DNA from: Candidatus Woesearchaeota archaeon
GTDB taxonomy: Archaea; Nanobdellota; Nanobdellia; Woesearchaeales; J110
Length of the DNA: 48,431 nt
NCBI GenBank assembly: GCA_003694805.1
Contig: RFJU01000038.1
Location: forward strand, 1-48,431
Direction: 5' to 3'
This document shows, one piece after another, positions 8,493 through 17,000 of the stretch (positions are counted from its first letter, which is position 1; each line of letters begins with the position of its first letter). The position numbers and the translations under genes are program-made. The notes below the pieces were generated by a model that was given only the letters and a program-made list of their open reading frames with translations, was not told the origin of the DNA and did no database searches.

Positions 8493-9128
8493 TTACGTGT
8501 CGTCACACACCGCTTCAATCGTCGCCTGGTGCGCTCCTGCATCAATCTCCTGCGAGAAATTCACTAACACCACAAACTTCATGGAGTCAGCAGTTTCCGG
8601 CGAGTACTGAAACGACGTGGAGCCACAATACACCGTACCGGGCTTGCTCGTGTTCACATCAACGAAAGCAGTATTCGTCAAGTTGCCGCAACTCCCAGAC
8701 TCGTTGTCAAGACCGGCAATTTGGAACTGAGGAGACGTGCTCCCTGACAGGAACTGCGCCGCTGTCGCGTTCGAGTTCACATACACCGTCGCGTTCACAT
8801 TCCCATTATTCTCCAAAATAAAGTCCTGACTGGGAGAGCTCAACCCTCCAGAACAACCACTGCCCGTCGTGCCGTTGCTCGTCATGTAACAACGCTGCCC
8901 TCCAGCAACGTACCCGGACCCGAAATCAACGAGATTGAACGAGCCGAACGTGCAACCGACCGAAGTCGTGACGGTCAGCGTGACATTCCCTGTTTGGTTG
9001 CTCGTCGCAGCCCCGGTCGGGGGGCCGGCAAACCGCTCCACTTGATTCAAGCTAAAAAACGTTCCGAAAAGGGATATCAACATCGCCGCGATCAGCAACA
9101 AGCCCAATGTTTTATTTGACACGTCCAT
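8493..9128 (-). CDS. secreted 211-aa beta-rich protein; candidate fibre subunit, similar to the C-terminal domain of the giant protein
   Basis: N-terminal hydrophobic segment 'LGLLLIAAMLISLFGTFF'. Mature part aligns by eye with giant aa ~3680-3818. SD GGGGAGTGAT lies upstream of the ATG at 9128. Confidence 0.75.
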   Translation of the reverse strand: MDVSNKTLGLLLIAAMLISLFGTFFSLNQVERFAGPPTGAATSNQTGNVTLTVTTSVGCTFGSFNLVDFGSGYVAGGQRCYMTSNGTTGSGCSGGLSSPSQDFILENNGNVNATVYVNSNATAAQFLSGSTSPQFQIAGLDNESGSCGNLTNTAFVDVNTSKPGTVYCGSTSFQYSPETADSMKFVVLVNFSQEIDAGAHQATIEAVCDDT

Positions 9129-9134
9129 TCTTCA

Positions 9135-9365
9135 TCACTCCCCACTTGGTTTTTCAATAGTCAACACCACCTCACCTGTCGGCGGCTTTTGAATCGTCAA
9201 CGCAACTTCTCCTCTCGCGACAGGGCTTACCCCTCCTGGTTGGGCCTGCCTTGCCGCCTTGATTTGCCCAAGCTCGTACGTCACCGTCATGACGCCAAGC
9301 ACGGAAATGAGCAGGGTCAAAAGAACCAAGACAAGAATCGTTCTTCTCGAGATGTCTTCGGCCAT
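9135..9365 (-). CDS. 76-aa membrane-anchored mini-protein with two tandem 'GEV[AV]LTI[QE]KP' repeats
   Basis: TM 'ILVLVLLTLLISVLGVMTV'. Tandem 12-aa repeat at the C-terminus. TATA 9388-9397 is centred ~28 nt upstream of the ATG at 9365. Six-nt gap to the next gene. Confidence 0.6.
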   Translation of the reverse strand: MAEDISRRTILVLVLLTLLISVLGVMTVTYELGQIKAARQAQPGGVSPVARGEVALTIQKPPTGEVVLTIEKPSGE

Positions 9366-9387
9366 GTGCATCTTCTTCGAATACCGC

Positions 9388-9397
9388 CTATTTAAAC
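9388..9397 (-). promoter_or_regulatory. TATA box (GTTTAAATAG on minus) for the 76-aa/211-aa/431-aa operon
   Basis: Position relative to the ATG at 9365. Confidence 0.55.
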
Positions 9398-9554
9398 TTT
9401 TCTATTGACCATTATAAAGTCACAACGTCACAAAGGTTGCACAACAACACCCACGCCAAGAACCCGGCAGGCGCGGACGAACAACGGCGAGCAAAGCTTT
9501 GAAAAGAACAGAAAGGAAAACAAAGCACACCTCATCGAACAAACAGTTCACCTA

Positions 9555-9586
9555 GTCAACGACCAAGTCAACGAGGGCATCAACGA
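9555..9586. repeat. three phased copies (period 12) of [GA]TCAACGA
   Basis: gtcaacga at 9555-9562, gtcaacga at 9567-9574, atcaacga at 9579-9586, all within the 313-nt non-coding gap between the two surface operons. Confidence 0.6.
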
Positions 9587-9619
9587 CTCGCAAGAGCAAA
9601 CCGAAGGAACAAAAGTCAT

Positions 9620-9627
9620 AAAAAAAA
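9620..9627 (-). terminator. oligo-T (T8 on minus) terminator after the giant-protein operon
   Basis: A8 on the plus strand, ~60 nt downstream of the 450-aa gene stop (9685-9687). Confidence 0.5.
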
Positions 9628-9684
9628 TCCCTTACAAAGGAACAAAATAAGCGTGCAGGCCTCTTCAGGGCTCTCCGATCCCGG

Positions 9685-11037
9685 CTACTTCTTTCTTCGG
9701 ATGGAGAAGAAGAGCACAATATTCATCACGATAAGCACAGCAACCAGCAAGACCAACACGTTGTACGACGATCCCCCCTTCTCTTCCACGCCAACCACGC
9801 GGCCGGAAACGCCACCTCCCTTCACCACCGCCTCATCAAGGGAGAGAACGGTCTCAAACAGCCTGCTTGAAGAAGCGCCATCATAGAGCAAATCCAGATT
9901 CACATCGTACTCGCCCGGCACGAGGCCCTGCGTATCCCAATACGCCGTGACAACTTCTTCCTTGTGCGGCCGAACCCTGGTCGGGACCGTGCTAAACGTG
10001 CTCAACTCAGAACCCGAATCATCAATGACGTTCACCTCCCCCTCCACGTTCTCAATCGGCTCGTTCCAATCACTCTCCACCGTAAAGTCAAGCTTCGCAA
10101 TCTCCCCAAGACGAAAGGAACGAATATCCAAACCTTTAATCCTGATGAACTTCCTCCCAATCGTGAACGCCTCGCCAAGCTTCTCCACCTCATCACTGTA
10201 CTCCAAAAACACCTCAGCGTAGTACGCTCCTGGGTTGTGCTTCCCCTCCCACGAAGCAACAACTTTTCCTTCCTCCTTCGCGTCAAGCGAAATCATATTC
10301 GAACGCAACTCCACAATCTCCTCATTGTTCGCTCCAAGAATGCGAACGCGAGCGTACGCGTCTTCAATCCGTTCCGTCCCAAAATTAAACACGGAAATCG
10401 TGAACACAACAGGACTGTCCACCCCTCCCTCAGACACGTGCAGCTTTGCCTTCGCATACGTTCCCGGGTACGGAACGTTCACAATAATTTGGCTTGCAAC
10501 ACCGGCCGTCGCCGTCACTTGCGACGTCTCCGTCCTCGTGTTGAACAACAACCCCTGATCCTGCGTCAAAACAAAAACACCCTCTTCGTCAAAGTAATCC
10601 TCCGGGACGTGAAGCAACACCACCTTTCCAACGTGTTGCCCTGGCGAAGGCGCCTCATCAGGCAAACGGACCTTGACGGTGAACGTCTTCTCCCCCTCGT
10701 CCTGAGAGAGCGCAATGAGCGGCTTCTCAATGCGGATGCTGTCTTTGAGCTCTCCTTCTGCAAATATGATAGCATGAAAGTCCACTTTATCGTTGTTAAT
10801 GACGCGGTACGTCAGCTCCTTCTCAAGACCGGGAGCGAAGTCAATACGCGTCCTCGCCGGCGCGATCCCAAGCGCTAACGCGTCCTCAGCCACGGCGCAG
10901 AAGAGCAGCGCTGATAGCAAGACAAGAAGTGCGAACGCCCCCAGCCGACGATCCAGCCGACGAGCTACCAACACCGAGCGCGCCCCCGCGCGCCTTACAC
11001 GTTCCTTCCTTGTTCTTTCACCAATCATTGCCTTCAC
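9685..11037 (-). CDS. Ig/CARDB-like repeat membrane protein (450 aa), paralogue of the 431-aa protein; signal peptide plus C-terminal TM and basic tail
   Basis: 'ESDWNEPIENVEGEVNV', 'YWDTQGLVPGEYDVNLDLLY', C-terminal 'YNVLVLLVAVLIVMNIVLFFSIRRKK'. GTG start overlaps the giant gene stop (GTGA); the ATG at 11028 is an alternative. Confidence 0.8.
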   Translation of the reverse strand: MKAMIGERTRKERVRRAGARSVLVARRLDRRLGAFALLVLLSALLFCAVAEDALALGIAPARTRIDFAPGLEKELTYRVINNDKVDFHAIIFAEGELKDSIRIEKPLIALSQDEGEKTFTVKVRLPDEAPSPGQHVGKVVLLHVPEDYFDEEGVFVLTQDQGLLFNTRTETSQVTATAGVASQIIVNVPYPGTYAKAKLHVSEGGVDSPVVFTISVFNFGTERIEDAYARVRILGANNEEIVELRSNMISLDAKEEGKVVASWEGKHNPGAYYAEVFLEYSDEVEKLGEAFTIGRKFIRIKGLDIRSFRLGEIAKLDFTVESDWNEPIENVEGEVNVIDDSGSELSTFSTVPTRVRPHKEEVVTAYWDTQGLVPGEYDVNLDLLYDGASSSRLFETVLSLDEAVVKGGGVSGRVVGVEEKGGSSYNVLVLLVAVLIVMNIVLFFSIRRKK

Positions 11038-14000
11038 GACACCGGATACTCCGCAATGATAAACAACTGGCTTTGCTTTGCCCCGCCCGGTTCGTTGAGC
11101 GGCACTTCCACTCTGAACTCAACCTCGCCCTCATCACCTGCATCAACATACGAGAGGTTCTTGAGCACGAGCACACTCTCATTAGACACGTTCGTCCATG
11201 ACGTCGCCGACGACCCCCACACAAAGCTCCCCGCCTCGGACGAGTTCCCCGCGGCGAACTGGAAATAACTCGTATTCAGCCCAACAGCATCCCACAAGCC
11301 ATCAGAGGCGCGGAGAGAAACATCTGCCACGACGTTCCCGTCATTCCTCACGCCAAAGGGCAAAGGATTGTCATCGGTCGTGTCGTTGCTCTCCAGCACG
11401 TTCATCGAACCAAAGTTCGTCTCTGCATTCGTCAAGGTAATAATAACAGAGGACTGAATAGTGAAGTTAAAGATGGACGCCCACGCACTGCACCCTTCAT
11501 CGTCACACGCCTGCACCGTCCAATTATACACTCTATCCACGCACAACTCTTCAGTCGTGTAGTTCGACTCGGAAAGGTTCGAGTACTGGTAGCTCGGGCA
11601 GACTGACTGGTTAATACTCAAGTTATACGAGAGCGTGTCCCCGTCGGCGTCGCTCGACGTCCAATTCAGATTCACGTTGCGCTCAAAAATGGACGTGTTG
11701 CCATTGGAGGGATACAGGAGTGTCGGAACATCAGGAAGAGTGTTTTGGATCGTGACGTTGTTGCTCTTTTTCTCCAAAGAGTAGAGTTCCCCATCATACC
11801 CTGTGACGTTGCACCACCACACCTCTCCTTTTGTCGTGTTCCCCGCCCCGAGAGTGAACACGTTCTCCTCGCCGCTCGTTGCTGAAACGCTTCCTGAAAC
11901 GTTTGCGACACCATCCTTATACCACGTATAATTAATCCACAACCCTGATCCAAGACCATCGTCTGTCACGTTGACGGTGCAGTTCAAGTCGTCTGTCGTG
12001 TAGGGAGCGAGCGGCGTGACGTTCACGTACACCACCTGCGGCGCCTGGTTCGTGAGGGATCCGTTACAAAAATACGTACATAAAAACGCAGGGGATGAAT
12101 TATCGCACCAATCACCGCTCCACGTATTCGAGTCGCCGTCGAACACGTCGTAGGCACCTCCGGACCCGCAAAACACGTTGGACGCCATTGACGATCCTGA
12201 ATCGGCCGATGTGGCAAAGCGAATAGCTGAGGTGAGCGAGGAGGAAACGTTGTTGTTCTCAATAGTGTGCCCGGTCGACGTCCCGCTCACGTTAATGCCT
12301 ACGTCGAAGTCGAGGATTGTGCAGTTTTTGATAGTGTACCCATCTGCTTCGGAAAGGTTGAACGCTACACTCCCTGCCGAGTCGTTTCCTTGCACAACAC
12401 CGCCCCCGCAGTCAATGTATGTTTGCTCGTTCTGATCACCCGAGTCAAAACCCACAACGGAGCCGTTTACGAAAATGGAAATGTTGACGAATCGGTTTTG
12501 CGTGTTGATCGTTCCCTCTTCAATATCAACACCGGAGCTTCCCGACCCCGCAATAGTAACTTTGGTGAAGTTGTTTGAGGAGGTCCCGTCCTGCAGCAAC
12601 ACCCCGCTCGTCGAAAACGTCTGGCCGAATTGCTCGATAGATACGTTCACAAAGCGAGACTCCTTCACGAGGGATAGGTCAAGCCCTGCTCTATTGACGT
12701 TTTGAATGGACACATTCTCAACAAGAACACCGGTCAACGAACTTGAAAACCCTGTCACTATAACTCCTTCATCCCAACCGCGTATGATGCAATTCGAAAC
12801 CGTCGTTTTCGAAGCTCGATAGATTGAAACACCATCGCCAAAGGCAGACGCACCCGTCAAAGTTCTTCCTCCACAATCGAAGCGGTTGTTGCTCCCGCCA
12901 TCAAGTTCTACCCCTGAAGAGGTAGTAAGCCCGACAGAGACGGACGTGTTGACGAACTGATTGTTCGACGATGGGTTGCCTGAGGTGCCGACCTTTATTC
13001 CTTTTGCATCGACTGTTACGTTCACTTCGGAGAAGTTGTTGTTTGATGAAAGAGAAACAATCTCGAGTGCATACTCACTGCTAGAGCCCACGATGTCAAG
13101 ATTGCTGACCGTGTTTTGCCCCGACGAGGAAAAACTAACACCTTTTGCAAGAGAAGCTCCAGTCATGTTCACGTCGATCAAGGAGTAGGTGTTTTTGTTC
13201 GATGATGCGCTTTGCAGCGCGACTGACGCGTGCGAAGTCAGCGTCAGGTTCTGAAAGGTGCTGTTCTCCGAAGACGTCACGAACACCCCAGTGCTAAAGT
13301 TCGATACAACGCAATTTTTCACCGACACGTTGTCATACCCGTTCGTCGTCACGCCATACCCGACATCCTCCCCTATGATAGCGTAGCCGGCACAGTCCAG
13401 CACGATGTTGTCCGCGCCAAACGTGATGCATGTGTTATTAAATGTGAAGTTTCTCGTCATCGTCACATCAGACGTGATTGTGTCACAGCCCTGCTCGATT
13501 GTTCTCGAGGTTGAATTCACGGCGCTCCCAACATCCGTCTGGTCCCTGGGCGTGACTTGACAGAGCCAGGACTCGCCCAATGCCGTGTTCGTGTATGACA
13601 AGGTCACCGACTCCTCCGTCCCGTTCGTCACCTGCACTTCCGAACTTGAGAAGTACGCACCGTCACGAAACCACGACACGTTGGCCAACACAACGTCGTT
13701 AGGATCAGCGTCTTCAATGATGAACGAACAGTTCAAATCCTCATGCGTCATTGGCGAGGCAGGCAGAAGGGTCACGCTCGTCACGTTGGGCACGTTGTTC
13801 GCCACGGGGGTTCCGTCGCACAAGTAAGAACACCACGCCCACCCCGCGCGCGAGTCGCAGGAGTTGTTCGTCCACGTGTTCGAGTCCGCGTCGTACGCGT
13901 CGTACGCCCCTCCTGAACCGCAGAAATAATTGTTCGAGAAGGTTGACGACGTCACAGAGCTCACACTCACATTCACGCCTTCCTGAACCGACGATGATAC

Positions 14001-17000
14001 GTTATTCTCCTCGACAACACTCCCTGAACTCGTCCCCTCAAAGAACACGCCTTTTCCGAAGTCCTTCACCGTGCAGTTGCGCAGCGTCACGTCGTCGGCC
14101 GAGGAAACGCGCACGCCAAACGAGGAGGCGTCATCGTTGCCTGAAAGAACGCCCCCGCCGCAATCAATCTTGTTCGTGTCCGATGTTTCATCGCTCACAT
14201 ACACCGCAGCATACGCGCCCGTCAAGGAAATGGAAAAGTCTGTTACGTTGTTGCTTGAGGAACTCGCGAAAAAGACTCCGTTCCCGCTGAGGCTGGAGAG
14301 CGCAAAGGACGAGATTGCTGACGACGTGACGCTCGATAAGTAATACCCGTTCGCGCTCGAGCTGACATTCACGTTTGTAAACGTGTTGCCTGAAGAACTC
14401 GCCGCGTACACGCCCCGTGAGAAGTCAGTGATGGAGCAGTTCCCCACGGTTGTGCCGTCAGCGCTGGAGAGGTACACGCCGTACGTCCCGCCCGTGTCGC
14501 TTCCGTCGATAGTGCCTCCTTGGCAGTTGAAAACATTATTGTCGTGCAACTCTCCGTCCACGTACACGCCGTGGTGGCTCGCCCCCGACACGCTCACGGA
14601 CAACCCTGTGACTTTGTTGCTCGTACTCGCCGAAGCGCCGGAAACGTAAACGCCGGCATCCGTCACGGATCCTCCCTGGACCGTCAAGGAGGAAAGGTTG
14701 TTTGACGAAGCGCCTTCGAGCCACACGCCGTAGAGGTCCGCATCGTTCACCGACACGTCACTGATGACTGACTGCGAAGAACCACTCAAGTAAACACCAA
14801 CGTCGGACGCATTCACTGTCAAGGAAGACACTTGCGTCCCAGACCCCGCACCTGCGTAGACGCCATAGGTGAAGTTCACCACGGTGCAGTTCACAATACT
14901 CGTGGATGACGCATCGTTGAGGTAAAACCCGCCGATCGCGTTGGCAGAGCTCGGCGTTGAAACAACACCCCCCTGACAGTCAATAACGTTCGTAGCACTT
15001 CCCTGTGCGTCATTGAAAAACACACCATAATACGCAGCCGGATTGGCCAAAGCCCACGAAATGTTTACTCCCTCAAACCTGTTTGACACTCCCCCGCCCG
15101 ACCCGAAACGAATCCCGTACTCCGTGTCAGCATCCCCCTGAACGACGATCTGAGAAAAATTGTTTGCTGAAGCGCCGTCTCGGAAGAGGATGCTGGCCTT
15201 CGAAGAATTTATCACGGTAATGGTCGTGAACACGTTGCTCTTCGCACCGCCGAGAACATCAACGCCTCTCGTGTTCGAAACGACAGTGACGTTCTCCACC
15301 ACGCTCTGGTTCGTCCCGTCAAGCCACACTCCGCTCGTGAAATCAGAAATCACACAATGAGCAACGGAGATGTTCACCTTTCCCGACGCGTTAACCCCCC
15401 TCGTGAGGGGAGAATCGTCACTGTCAATAGTATGCCCTGCGCAATCCAACGCTATGCTGTCCGCGCCAAACGTGATGCACGAAGCTCCCGGACTGCTCAA
15501 GTCTGTTGAAAGCATTGAGTCGTTATAAATCGTTCCGCACCCCGAAATGTTCTGCCAGATGTGAGATGCGCTGGAGTTGAGAGATGATCCGGTGGCGTAC
15601 CCGTCGCTCGGCGTCACTTGGCAGAGCCAATCCTCTCCTGCACCCGTGTTCGCTGCCGGGAGTGCGACGTCTTTTCTCGTATTGTTTAAGACAGCATACA
15701 CCCCGCTCGAAAAGAGCGTTCCGTCCTTGAACCAAGACACGTTCGCCGAGAGGGAGTCGCCCGTGTTCGGATCGGTCACGATGAACGAACAGTTCAAATC
15801 CTGCGTATGATACGCCTTGGCAGGAAGAAGCGAAACCGACGCAACCGTCGGTGCCGTGTCGGTAACCGTGACCGTGTTCGACTGGTTCTCTGACGAATAA
15901 TTCGTGCCGTCAAACCCTGTGACGTTACAGTACCATTGCTCCCCGTACGTCGTGTTCCCCGCCCCCAAGATGAGCGAGTACGCCGTCCCGTTCGTCACGC
16001 TAACCTGGCCTGAACTATACAGGGCGCCGTCACGCACCCAGGTGTAATTCGCCCAGAGGCCGCCGCCGCCACCGTCATCAACAATAGTGAACGTGCAGTT
16101 CAAGTCCGACGCGTTCTCAGGCACGGCCGGTGTCAAAGCCAAACTCTCCACCGAAGGCGGCTGGTTCGTACCGACAAACAACGAACCCTGCTCGCTCACC
16201 ACGCCATACCCTCCTTTTCGGCACGTGATGTTATACGTTACTACGCCGCTTGACGAGAACGAGAAGTTACGCTCCCACTGCTGCGCCGACGCGTTCCACG
16301 TCAAGTTCACACTCGTACCGTTCGAAAAGTCCACCCTGCAAAAGTCCACCACGCCGAACACGCCCGCTTCTGACACGCCCGTCCCGGAAGAAACAGCCAA
16401 GAACTCTGCAACGCCGTCGCCGTCCCAGTCTTCAACGTCAAGCGAACGCTTCGCATCCAACGTGTTCACGTCGCTCGCGAGCGGGTAGGAAAACGACGCA
16501 TTCATCACAAACGACCCATCATCAATAAGCCACGCCGTATTATCCCCTCCCGCCGCGAGAACCTCATCCACGCTGTCCAAGTCAACATCAAACACCTCCA
16601 CGGACGCGACGTAGCCGCTTCCGCTCTTGCTCAACGACCACAACACATCCCCCGACTCATCCACCGCGACGAGCTTGCTCGTCCCGTTCTGGGCGAACAC
16701 GTCATCAACATAGCCGTCACCATCAAAGTCGCCGGCGCCCATCTCCCACCCCACACCGACCGACACGTTCCACAGGCTCACGCCATCCTTATCAAAAGCA
16801 CGCAAAAGCCCCGCGGTGACGTCGTGCGCGACGATATCGCTCCTCCTCCCGTCGTTGTCAATATCCACAATAGCAACTGCGCGGAACTCATTGGACACGT
16901 TCCAGAGTACATCGCCCGACGCGTTCATGACAAGCAAGTAATTAGCAGTCGCTGATACGAGCTCGTCGCCGGGCCATTGGTCAGAGATGTCCCACGCTTT

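Noticed and set aside
8493-9371. Type IV pilin-like (class III signal peptide) interpretation of the 211-aa and 76-aa proteins.
   Set aside because: The basic residue is followed by Thr-Leu/Ile rather than the [KR]-[GA] prepilin peptidase site. No PilB/PilC/PibD-like genes are present in the window. The alternative (a different signal type) is reported as a finding.
9405-9650. 81-aa plus-strand ORF (TTG start) in the gap between the surface operons, containing a 'VNDQVNEGIND' repeat.
   Set aside because: It has a non-ATG start, no promoter/SD geometry and an A-rich low-complexity translation. The amino-acid repeat simply reflects the 12-nt DNA repeat reported separately.
9964-10878. Long antisense ORFs opposite real genes. 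Examples: 304 aa at 9964-10878, 276 aa at 25127-25957, 220 aa at 21663-22325, 206 aa at 43505-44125, 178 aa at 112-648 and 253 aa at 38439-39200.
   Set aside because: These are Arg/Gly/Val-rich nonsense-like sequences, and the sense partner has recognisable domains. It is the same compositional artefact on the complementary strand.
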